A stretch of 64,000 nt of DNA, taken from the NCBI GenBank assembly GCA_040006715.1, contig JBDTWL010000011.1:3728-67727 (forward strand). The letters are read 5' to 3'. The position numbers and the translations under genes were made by a program. The DNA comes from Ferruginibacter sp. (GTDB lineage Bacteria; Bacteroidota; Bacteroidia; Chitinophagales; Chitinophagaceae). The stretch's first letter is position 1. The number at the start of each line of letters is the position of its first letter. This document shows positions 41,262-49,696 of this stretch, piece by piece. Under the pieces are notes generated by a model. That model saw only the letters and a list, made by a program, of their open reading frames with translations. It was not told the origin of the DNA and made no database searches.

Positions 41262-41729
41262 TCAATGAAATATTTTTTGCCAGTTAGCATCAGCATGTTG
41301 CTTTAATGTGCTCTCATTCTTATTCCAGGATTTCAAAGTATTATTGAATAAGCGGTTGTAAAAAAGATAAAGCTTACCGGAAACTATCTTGAAGGTTTCG
41401 GGGTCAACATTTACTTTAGAACCATCATTTCCCATCGCATAAGCACACCATCCGCCATATTGTGGTTCATAAGCAGCAGGATTCTTTTTAAAGGCTTCTT
41501 TATTTTCAGCAGAAGAAAAACGATAACTGATCCCTTCATAAAAAACATTACCCAATTCTTTTTTCCCTTTTATCGCTTTTCCTTCCTTAAAATATGCAAC
41601 AGGATCATACCCCTGGATAGCGATGCCATCATCAAGGTTGAATTGGCTTTTACGAACCAGTGCATCCTGCGAAAATGCATTCAGTATAAATGTGCTTAGA
41701 ATCACAGTGAGGAAAGGCTTTATTCTCAT
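41262..41729 (-). CDS. Exported YHS-domain protein (paralog 1)
   Basis: GYDPVAYF, YRFSS.EN...F...P..YEPQYGGWCAYAM and KLYLFYN motifs; ATG 41729 gives a clean signal peptide and lies downstream of a -7 box. Confidence 0.92.
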   Translation of the reverse strand: MRIKPFLTVILSTFILNAFSQDALVRKSQFNLDDGIAIQGYDPVAYFKEGKAIKGKKELGNVFYEGISYRFSSAENKEAFKKNPAAYEPQYGGWCAYAMGNDGSKVNVDPETFKIVSGKLYLFYNRLFNNTLKSWNKNESTLKQHADANWQKIFH

Positions 41730-41777
41730 TTTATGAAATTTTATAGAACAAATATAGGCTGCCCCCGAACCATGGGT

Positions 41778-41793
41778 TGTCGGGCAAATGACA
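41778..41793 (-). promoter_or_regulatory. Crp/Fnr-type box of the YHS-DoxX-...-ATP-grasp operon
   Basis: Minus strand TGTCA-TTTGCC-CGACA; canonical TATATTTG ends at 41749, 29 nt away. Confidence 0.8.
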
Positions 41794-41858
41794 TAAACGA
41801 AGAAAAGTTTAAAACGGATGCAAGCGTTCATAATCAAGGTCAAACTCCCAATTTTTAC

Positions 41859-41893
41859 TCCCAACATTTTGTGAGATTCCCAATAGGTTGGGA
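41859..41893. promoter_or_regulatory. Tandem dyads, candidate enhancer (UAS) for the sigma-54 activator
   Basis: TCCCAA-CATT-TTGTGA (41859-41874) and perfect TCCCAA-TAGG-TTGGGA (41878-41893). Confidence 0.55.
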
Positions 41894-41994
41894 GAAAATT
41901 CGAAGTCGATTTTTCAAATGCCAATTTCTAAATATTTTTTTTACCGTTTACTGGTAAGGCTTTCAGGGCAGTATAAGGTAGTGAAAAAAAATTC

Positions 41995-42009
41995 TGGCAC
42001 AGCGGTTGG
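41995..42009 (+). promoter_or_regulatory. Candidate sigma-54 -24/-12 promoter
   Basis: TGGCAC-AGCGG-TTGG versus consensus TGGCAC-N5-TTGC; only the -12 C differs. Confidence 0.6.
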
Positions 42010-42040
42010 CTATATACGGGCAAATATTTAATCCCGGAAA

Positions 42041-42364
42041 ATGAATAAGATGATCACAAAAGCAAATTTTAAGAAAGAAGTAGCAGAAAGCAATACCCTG
42101 TCATTGGTTCAATTTAAAACAGACTGGAATGGAGCTTCACAGATCGTATCTATGATATACGATGACCTGGCAAGATCATATAAAGGCATCGCAAATTTTC
42201 ATACAGTAGATTATGAAAATGAGCTGGCCCTGGTGAACGAGTATGGTGTAATGGAAGTCCCTACGATCCTTTTTTTCAAAGGGGGGATGATGATCGATCA
42301 TGTTGTGGGGCTGGTTCCAAAAAATGCGCTGATATCGAAGATCGAAAATCATTTATCTAAATAA
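42041..42364 (+). CDS. Thioredoxin-fold protein lacking all cysteines
   Basis: LVQFKTDWNGAS replaces WCGPC; cis-Pro motif EVPTILFFKGG retained; no Cys in 107 aa. Confidence 0.88.
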   Translation: MNKMITKANFKKEVAESNTLSLVQFKTDWNGASQIVSMIYDDLARSYKGIANFHTVDYENELALVNEYGVMEVPTILFFKGGMMIDHVVGLVPKNALISKIENHLSK

Positions 42365-42397
42365 ACAAATTTTTAAAAACTGTTAAATATCAAAACT

Positions 42398-43078
42398 ATG
42401 TACAACGAACTAAAATATGTTTACCTGAAAAGCCATCCACTTTTCGCAAACATGTCTGAAAAACAAGTTAATGATGCTTGTGAGCTGATGAAAGTAAAAA
42501 CCGTGTACCGTGGGGAGACATTTGATTATGGTGACGGGGATTATAGCAAAATATATCTTTTAATAAAAGGTAAGATCAAGATCACGCTTTGTGATGATAT
42601 GGACAATGAGTTGATCAAAGATATCCTTACAGCCCCGGATATTTTCGGTGACCTGAGCCTTGATGGCCGTCCATCAAGCGATGAATTTGCACAGGCATTG
42701 ATGGCAAATACAGTTGTATGTTTTTTCAATGCAACCGATTTCAAGAATATCCTCCAGGATAATGTTATGCTTGCCATGAATTATGCAAATACAGTGAATA
42801 ACAAACTCAAGAAACTGGAAAGCAGGCATTCAGACCTGGTATTCCATGATGCAAAGGCAAGGCTGATCCGTTTTATCAAGAACTGGGCAAAAACAGATGG
42901 CAACCGTATCGGCGATAAAATAATCCTGAACAATTATTTAACCCATAGTGATATAGCAGGTGTTATAGCTACTTCACGGCAGAGTGTGAATGTATTGTTC
43001 AATGAACTCCGTGATGCCGGTATGCTGATGTATGACAGGAAGAGGATACAGCTGAATGATATGATCGCTTGGAATTGA
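42398..43078 (+). CDS. Crp/Fnr family transcriptional regulator
   Basis: cNMP-binding-like barrel (IYLLIKGKIKI, DIFGDLSL) and HTH LTHSDIAGVIATSRQSV. Confidence 0.95.
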   Translation: MYNELKYVYLKSHPLFANMSEKQVNDACELMKVKTVYRGETFDYGDGDYSKIYLLIKGKIKITLCDDMDNELIKDILTAPDIFGDLSLDGRPSSDEFAQALMANTVVCFFNATDFKNILQDNVMLAMNYANTVNNKLKKLESRHSDLVFHDAKARLIRFIKNWAKTDGNRIGDKIILNNYLTHSDIAGVIATSRQSVNVLFNELRDAGMLMYDRKRIQLNDMIAWN

Positions 43079-43082
43079 TACC

Positions 43083-43157
43083 CTTTGTGTTACTTAGTGA
43101 TTTAGTGTCTTTGTGGCGAATTTATTCTTTGCCACTAAAACACAAAGGCACAAAAAG
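43083..43157. repeat. Intergenic inverted repeat with roughly 9-nt internal period
   Basis: ctttgtgtt...tttagtgtctttgtggc / gccactaaaacacaaaggcacaaaaag. Confidence 0.7.
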
Positions 43158-43168
43158 CTGCTCAAAGT

Positions 43169-43184
43169 TGTCCACCGCACGACA
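43169..43184 (+). promoter_or_regulatory. Crp/Fnr-type box upstream of the SDR-GH63-debranching genes
   Basis: TGTCC-ACCGCA-CGACA; TACTTTTA ends at 43213, 29 nt downstream. Confidence 0.7.
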
Positions 43185-43236
43185 ATACAATTTTTCATCA
43201 CACAATACTTTTACAAAATAAAACAATAACATAAAC

Positions 43237-44043
43237 ATGCAACAAAAATTACAGGACCAGGTGGCTATTGTAACAGGTGCCAGCAGTGGCATTGGAGCCG
43301 GATGCGCCATGGAACTTGCCAGGGCAGGGGCAAAAGTGATCGTGAACTACCCCATTCCCCAGGGAAAAGAAATGGCAGAGAAAGTGGTGGAACAAATTGT
43401 GGCTGATGGCGGCAGGGCCATATCATACAAATGCGATGTGAGTAAAGAAGATGAGGTAAAACAAATGTTTGCAGACACGATCAAAGAATTTGGTACTGTT
43501 GATATCCTTGTTAACAATGCAGGGCTTCAAAAAGATGCTCCATTCACCGAAATGACATTGGATCAATGGAATTTTGTTTTAGCTGTAAATTTAACAGGGC
43601 AATTTCTTTGTGCAAGGGAAGCCATTAAAGAATTTTTACGCCGTGGAGTAAATGGCAAATCAAAAAGTGCCGGCAAGATCATTTGTATGAGCAGTGTGCA
43701 TGAAGTTATTCCATGGGCTGGACATGCAAACTATGCTGCAAGCAAAGGCGGCGTTATGCTGATGATGAAAACGATCGCACAGGAATTTGCGCCAAAGATG
43801 ATCCGCATTAACAGCATTGCCCCCGGTGCTATTGCAACTCCCATCAATCATGATGCATGGGATACACAGGCCCACCTGCAGGAATTATTAAAACTGATAC
43901 CGCAAAAAAGAGTCGGGCAGGTTGATGATATTGGTAAAGCAGCGGTTTGGTTGGCAAGTGATGACAGTGATTACGTAAATGGAACTACCTTGTTTGTTGA
44001 TGGGGGAATGACCTTGTACCCGGGATTTGAAGACAATGGATAA
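43237..44043 (+). CDS. SDR oxidoreductase, glucose 1-dehydrogenase-like
   Basis: TGASSGIG, NNAG, SSVHEVIPW, YAASKGG and GTTLFVDGGMTLYP motifs. Confidence 0.88.
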   Translation: MQQKLQDQVAIVTGASSGIGAGCAMELARAGAKVIVNYPIPQGKEMAEKVVEQIVADGGRAISYKCDVSKEDEVKQMFADTIKEFGTVDILVNNAGLQKDAPFTEMTLDQWNFVLAVNLTGQFLCAREAIKEFLRRGVNGKSKSAGKIICMSSVHEVIPWAGHANYAASKGGVMLMMKTIAQEFAPKMIRINSIAPGAIATPINHDAWDTQAHLQELLKLIPQKRVGQVDDIGKAAVWLASDDSDYVNGTTLFVDGGMTLYPGFEDNG

Positions 44044-44045
44044 AG

Positions 44046-44193
44046 GCCCATCTACCTCCCCGAAGCCCGCCCGGCTGAATGCCGTTCGGACGGGGGGAGA
44101 AAAAGGAGAAGATTGATGCGATCCTTTACAAGATATTAAATTTAATAATCCCATTTCACGTACCCTTCCCTTTGGGAAGGGGTTGGGGATGGG
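44046..44193. repeat. REP/MITE-like inverted pair with a nested palindromic insert
   Basis: GCCCATC..CCTCCCCGAAG[CCCGCCCGG...CCGTTCGGACGGG]GGGAG on the left; CCCTTCCCTTTGGGAAGGGTTGGGGATGGGC on the right. Confidence 0.7.
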
Positions 44194-44206
44194 CTAAAAT
44201 AAAAAC

Positions 44207-46870
44207 ATGAACGCCGAACAACAAAGATTGCAACAACCCGGTTGGAAAAAGTGGGGGCCTTATTTAAGTGAGCGTCAATGGGGCACTGTAAGGGAAGATT
44301 ATAGTGAGAATGGAAGCGCCTGGGATTCTTTCTCACATGATGATGCACGCAGCCGTGTATATCGCTGGGGCGAAGATGGCATTGCAGGCATCAGTGATGA
44401 CCAGCAACACATTTGTTTTGCACTCGCTTTGTGGAATGGAAAGGATCCTATTTTAAAAGAAAGGTTGTTCGGCTTAACGGGCAATGAAGGCAATCATGGT
44501 GAAGATGTAAAGGAATTGTATTACTATTTGGATAATACACCTACGCATTCATACATGAAGCATTTGTACAAATACCCGCATGCGGAATTCCCTTATGCAG
44601 ACCTGGTAAATACAAATAAGCATCGTTCAAAAACCGAAGGCGAATATGAATTGCTTGATACGGGTTTATTCAATGATGGAAAATATTTTGATATAACCAC
44701 TGAGTATTCAAAGAATGCTACAGAAGACATTTGTATCAGGATCACGATCAGTAACCGTGCGAATGAAGCCGCTTATATTGCCCTGCTGCCAACACTTTGG
44801 CTGCGCAACCTGTGGAGCTTTGGCCTGATGCATGAGAAACCAAAAATGTATATCAAAGAAATTGGAGAAACCCTCGGGGAAGTAATAGTAGATCATTACT
44901 GGGAAGGTAAATATCATTTTTATTTTGAAAAACCTACGCATACCCTGTTCACAGAAAATGAAACGAATACAGAACGCTTGTATGGGAAGCCGAATCCGTC
45001 ACCCTATGTAAAGGATGCTTTTCACACGGCAGTTCAGCAAAACCGTTTTGATTGGCTGGAAGAAAAAAAGGAAGGAACAAAGTTTGCACCGATGTATGAA
45101 TTCAATGTAGCAGCCAATTCAGCTGTTGTTGTAAAACTCAGGTTGAGCAAACATCATGTTGAAACCGGTCCTTTTGATGCTTCATTTGATAAAATATTTA
45201 CAGATCGCATCACTGAAACAGATGTGTTCTATAAAGAGATAACAACCGCAACAGGCCAGGACCAGGTAAATATCCAACGCCAGGCATTTGCCGGAATGTT
45301 GTGGAGCAAACAATATTACAATATCGATATTCCACGTTGGCTGAATGGTGATCCCGGTCAGCCTGCACCACCGGAAAGCCGGAAGAAAGGCCGAAACCAT
45401 CAATGGCATTCATTGAACAATGAAGACATTATTTCAATGCCCGACAAATGGGAATATCCGTGGTATGCCGCATGGGACCTGGCTTTTCATTGTGTGCCAC
45501 TTTCAATGGTAGATCCGCAGTTTGCAAAGGACCAGCTCATTTTATTCTTACGTGAATGGTATATGCATCCAAATGGGCAGTTGCCTGCATACGAATGGGC
45601 ATTCGGTGACGTGAACCCACCCGTACATGCCTGGAGTTGTATGCAGGTATATAAGATCGATAAGCATAAAACTGGTAAAAGCGATATTAACTTCCTGAAA
45701 AGAGTATTTCAAAAACTGCTGATCAATTTCACCTGGTGGGTGAATAGAAAAGATTCAAAAGGCAATAATGTTTTTGAAGGAGGTTTTCTTGGATTGGATA
45801 ATATTGGTGTATTTGACAGGAGCAGTGCAATACCTGGCGGCGGAATTTTAGAACAGGCTGATGGCACAAGCTGGATGGCCATGTATTCTTTGAATATGCT
45901 GGAAATGGCTTTGGAAATTTCCCAATATGATGACAGTTATGAAGACGTGACCACTAAATTCTTTGAGCACTTTGTTTATATAGCCGAATCATTAAACAAA
46001 ATGGGCTCTGATTGGACAGGCAGCTGGAATGATGAAGAAGGATTCTTTTATGATGTGCTCGAATTACCGGGTGCAAACTACATCCCGCTAAAAGTAAGGA
46101 GCCTCGTGGGTTTGACAACATTGTTCGCTGTATTCGTTTTGAAAAAAGACCTGTTGGATAAAGTTCCGGATTTTCACAACCGTTTAAAATGGTTCCAGAA
46201 ATACAGGGAAAAGAACAATCAATACCTGGTGATCGAAGAATTGAATGATCATGATGATATATTGTTATCACTTGTACCAAAAGCAAAGCTTGAAAAATTA
46301 CTGAAAGCATTGCTGGATGAAAATGAATTTTTATCAACAGGTGGCATACGTTCAATTTCAAAAATTCATGAACGTGGTTATTCGGTGAATATTGAAGGTC
46401 AGGAATTCGGATTGGAATATACTCCTGCTGAAGGAACAACTTCTTTATTTGGCGGTAACAGTAATTGGCGTGGGCCGATATGGATGCCGATGAACTATTT
46501 GATCGTACTGGCATTGCAGCAATATGGAGAATATTACAAGGATGAAGCGTTGATAGAATACCCAACCGGTTCAGGGAACAAGATGATGATAAACGAGATA
46601 GCAAATAAAATTGCAGAACGTTTGATATCAATCTTTGAAAAAGATAAAAACGATCAGCGTCCTGTAAATGGAACAGAAAGCATTTACCAGGAAAATGAAC
46701 ACTTTAAAGATCTAATTTTATTTTATGAATATTTTCATGGCGATAACTCAAGAGGAGTTGGAGCATCTCATCAAACAGGCTGGACTGGTGTTGTAGCAGA
46801 ACTGATAAACAGGGTCAATACTCCACAAACAGCAAAGAAGAAAAAAATCAGGGAAGAAATTATTATGTAA
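44207..46870 (+). CDS. GH63/MGH1-like glycoside hydrolase
   Basis: WGPYLSERQWGTVREDYS, MPDKWEYPWYAAWDLAFH, FLGLDN and GASHQTGWT motifs. Confidence 0.92.
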   Translation: MNAEQQRLQQPGWKKWGPYLSERQWGTVREDYSENGSAWDSFSHDDARSRVYRWGEDGIAGISDDQQHICFALALWNGKDPILKERLFGLTGNEGNHGEDVKELYYYLDNTPTHSYMKHLYKYPHAEFPYADLVNTNKHRSKTEGEYELLDTGLFNDGKYFDITTEYSKNATEDICIRITISNRANEAAYIALLPTLWLRNLWSFGLMHEKPKMYIKEIGETLGEVIVDHYWEGKYHFYFEKPTHTLFTENETNTERLYGKPNPSPYVKDAFHTAVQQNRFDWLEEKKEGTKFAPMYEFNVAANSAVVVKLRLSKHHVETGPFDASFDKIFTDRITETDVFYKEITTATGQDQVNIQRQAFAGMLWSKQYYNIDIPRWLNGDPGQPAPPESRKKGRNHQWHSLNNEDIISMPDKWEYPWYAAWDLAFHCVPLSMVDPQFAKDQLILFLREWYMHPNGQLPAYEWAFGDVNPPVHAWSCMQVYKIDKHKTGKSDINFLKRVFQKLLINFTWWVNRKDSKGNNVFEGGFLGLDNIGVFDRSSAIPGGGILEQADGTSWMAMYSLNMLEMALEISQYDDSYEDVTTKFFEHFVYIAESLNKMGSDWTGSWNDEEGFFYDVLELPGANYIPLKVRSLVGLTTLFAVFVLKKDLLDKVPDFHNRLKWFQKYREKNNQYLVIEELNDHDDILLSLVPKAKLEKLLKALLDENEFLSTGGIRSISKIHERGYSVNIEGQEFGLEYTPAEGTTSLFGGNSNWRGPIWMPMNYLIVLALQQYGEYYKDEALIEYPTGSGNKMMINEIANKIAERLISIFEKDKNDQRPVNGTESIYQENEHFKDLILFYEYFHGDNSRGVGASHQTGWTGVVAELINRVNTPQTAKKKKIREEIIM

Positions 46871-46874
46871 GGAA

Positions 46875-46954
46875 TTTCACGCAAAGTATCAAAGAAATAC
46901 AAAGCTGCAAATACTCTTTGCGTCTTTGCGAGGACTTTGCACCCTTGCGTGAAA
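46875..46954. repeat. Intergenic inverted repeat with short internal period
   Basis: tttcacgcaaag...caaag...caaag / ctttgcgtctttgcg...ctttgcacccttgcgtgaaa. Confidence 0.7.
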
Positions 46955-46967
46955 TAAAAATAATATC

Positions 46968-48965
46968 ATGCTAAAGAAAGACAAATCAGTTTTACAAAAC
47001 TTCAGCGAAGCCACTCAATTAGAATGGCTGGAGACAAATGGCCTCGGCGGCTGGAGCAGTTCATCCATTATTGGATGCAATACCAGGCGATATCATGGGT
47101 TGCTTGTAGCTGCAACCGTTCCTCCCGCAGAACGGATGAACCTTGTATCCAAACTTGATGAAACAATTGTTGTAAATGATCAAAGGTTTGAACTGGGAAC
47201 AAACAATTATGGAAATGCTATAAACCCGAACGGATACAATTACATCAGGTTATTTACGAAAGACCTTTTTCCGGAATGGATCTATGAAGTAGATGGCATC
47301 CAGTTAAAAAAGACCATTGCCATGGTTCATGGAGAAAATACAACACTGATCGTCTATGATGTTGTAAGGGCTTCGAAAACATTTTCGTTAGAACTATTAC
47401 CATTACTATCTGTAAAAGGTTATCATAGTTTGATGCATGCAAACAATGACATCGATCGTGAAGCCACATTTAACAATAATATTTTTAAAACAAAAACATA
47501 TGAAGGAACCCCGGATATATTCATCCAGGTTCCTGGTGCTGATTATAAAGCAAACCCCAACTGGTTTTATAATTTTAACTACAGCGTAGAACAATACCGT
47601 GGCCAGGATTTTATTGAAGACCTTTTCAACCACGGAACATTATCTGTACAGTTAAAGAAGGGAGATTCGATCGGTATCATTATATCAACTGAAGACCCTG
47701 CAGGTAAAGATGCACATGAGTTGCTGGCAAAAGAAAGTTTAAGAAGACAATTATTATTGAATGATCAACCCAATGATAAAACAGTTCAACAACTTGTGTT
47801 GGCTGCCGACCAGTTCATTGTAAAACGCGGTGAAGATCTTAAGACGGTCATCGCCGGTTATCACTGGTTCACTGATTGGGGAAGGGATACGATGATATCC
47901 TTGCCAGGATTGTGTTTGAGCACAGGTCGTTTTGAAGATGCGAAGAAGATACTTGCAGCATTTGCTGCATCCGTAAGCCAGGGTATGCTGCCAAACCGTT
48001 TCCAGGACAATGGTGAAGCCCCGGAATACAATAATGTGGATGGAACACTCTGGTATTTTATTTCCATACATAAATATTTACAGGCAACAAATGATAAAAA
48101 ATTTGTGCTGAATGAAATATTGCCTGTACTTAAAGATATCATTGACTGGCATCACAAGGGAACAAGATATCATATCCATGATGAAGCCGATGGTCTATTA
48201 TACTCAGGAGAAGAAGGCGTACAACTTACCTGGATGGATGCTAAGGTTGGTGATTGGGTTGTAACTCCAAGGTCAGGTAAGGCTGTAGAGATCCAGGCAC
48301 TTTGGTATAATGCTTTGTGTATCTATGGCGAATTACTTGAATTAAATAAAGAAAAAGCTGAAGCAACACATATCAATGAAAAGGCTGGATTGGTAAAAAG
48401 AAGTTTTTTGCAACAATTCTGGAATGCTGAGAACAATTGCCTGTATGATGTAATAGATGGGAACATGAAAGACGATAGTATTCGCCCAAACCAGTTGTTT
48501 GCTATTAGCCTCCCCTATCCTGTTATTGATGGCAAACAAGCAAAAGCCGTTTTAAAGATCGTAGAAGAAAAATTATACACGCCTGTAGGTTTAAAAAGTT
48601 TACCGGCTGATGATGGTCGGTATGTAGGTATTTATGGCGGCGACCAAATGCACCGGGATTCATCTTACCACCAGGGAACAGTGTGGAGCTGGTTACTGGG
48701 CGCTTATATTGATGCTGTGATGAAAGTTGAAGGCAAAAGATCGAAAGCAAAAAAGATAATCGATGCGTTTAAATACCACCTGGAAGAAGGTTGTATCGGG
48801 AGTGTTTCAGAAATATTTGATGCAGATGCGCCACATCATCCACGTGGTTGTATTGCACAGGCATGGGGCGTTGCGGAAGTATTGAGGGTAATAAAAGAAT
48901 ATGATTTGTCTTCTGAAAGAAATAAAATAAAAAAGATCAAAGCAGCGATGGCCGAGCCTGCATAA
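46968..48965 (+). CDS. Amylo-alpha-1,6-glucosidase (glycogen debranching enzyme family)
   Basis: EWLETNGLGG, RRYHGLL, IAGYHWFTDWGRDTMI, LTWMDAK, YHQGTVW and QAWGVAE motifs. Confidence 0.93.
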   Translation: MLKKDKSVLQNFSEATQLEWLETNGLGGWSSSSIIGCNTRRYHGLLVAATVPPAERMNLVSKLDETIVVNDQRFELGTNNYGNAINPNGYNYIRLFTKDLFPEWIYEVDGIQLKKTIAMVHGENTTLIVYDVVRASKTFSLELLPLLSVKGYHSLMHANNDIDREATFNNNIFKTKTYEGTPDIFIQVPGADYKANPNWFYNFNYSVEQYRGQDFIEDLFNHGTLSVQLKKGDSIGIIISTEDPAGKDAHELLAKESLRRQLLLNDQPNDKTVQQLVLAADQFIVKRGEDLKTVIAGYHWFTDWGRDTMISLPGLCLSTGRFEDAKKILAAFAASVSQGMLPNRFQDNGEAPEYNNVDGTLWYFISIHKYLQATNDKKFVLNEILPVLKDIIDWHHKGTRYHIHDEADGLLYSGEEGVQLTWMDAKVGDWVVTPRSGKAVEIQALWYNALCIYGELLELNKEKAEATHINEKAGLVKRSFLQQFWNAENNCLYDVIDGNMKDDSIRPNQLFAISLPYPVIDGKQAKAVLKIVEEKLYTPVGLKSLPADDGRYVGIYGGDQMHRDSSYHQGTVWSWLLGAYIDAVMKVEGKRSKAKKIIDAFKYHLEEGCIGSVSEIFDADAPHHPRGCIAQAWGVAEVLRVIKEYDLSSERNKIKKIKAAMAEPA

Positions 48966-49075
48966 AATAATTTAAATGAAAATACATATAGCTGGCTATC
49001 GTTATTGAAACTATTTTTGCCCGGAATAAAAAAACTGTTTCAGCTACGGCATTTTCACCGGTGATCTAATGATCA

Positions 49076-49696
49076 TTATTGAAACCCTATCCAGTATATC
49101 CACATCCCAAAACTCAATATCAGTGCAGCCCATGGGCTTACAAATGCAACGGCCATGATAATACAGTTGCAGATCAATCCAATATTCTCAGCTTTCGTGA
49201 CCGTCCTGATCTTCTCATTGGTAATACCTTTTACCAGTAATTCCTTTTTTCTTGAAGCCGCATACCAAAGTAACCGATAAGCAATGCTTATCAAAACAAA
49301 ATAACCTGTATAAAATACTACGGCAGTTTTAAAAGCACCTGTCTGGAAATATGCTCCAAGTGTTTTTGTTGGAAAGGGTGCCAATGCTATCAGCATTAAT
49401 AAAAATCCATTGCTCATCATCACAAAATTATCTGTGGCCCTGAGATTCTTAAACAGGCCATGGTGGCCGATCCAGGCTAGCAATACATTTACAAAACTGA
49501 TGAAATAAGCCAGGCATATTGGCCATAGTTTGAACAATGAATGTATCAGGTCCTTATTTGTTGCTTTCGCATTCAGCTCCACTCCTATCTCTATTGCAAG
49601 TAAGGTAATACCCACACAGAATATTCCATCGCTGAATGCTTCAATACGGGAAGTCTCTCTTTCTGCCTGTAACTCGGTGATGATCTCTTTTTGCAT
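49076..49696 (-). CDS. TMEM175 family (DUF1211) K+ channel-like protein
   Basis: RIEAFSDGIF signature; six TM segments; ATG 49696 preferred. Confidence 0.9.
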   Translation of the reverse strand: MQKEIITELQAERETSRIEAFSDGIFCVGITLLAIEIGVELNAKATNKDLIHSLFKLWPICLAYFISFVNVLLAWIGHHGLFKNLRATDNFVMMSNGFLLMLIALAPFPTKTLGAYFQTGAFKTAVVFYTGYFVLISIAYRLLWYAASRKKELLVKGITNEKIRTVTKAENIGLICNCIIMAVAFVSPWAALILSFGMWIYWIGFQ

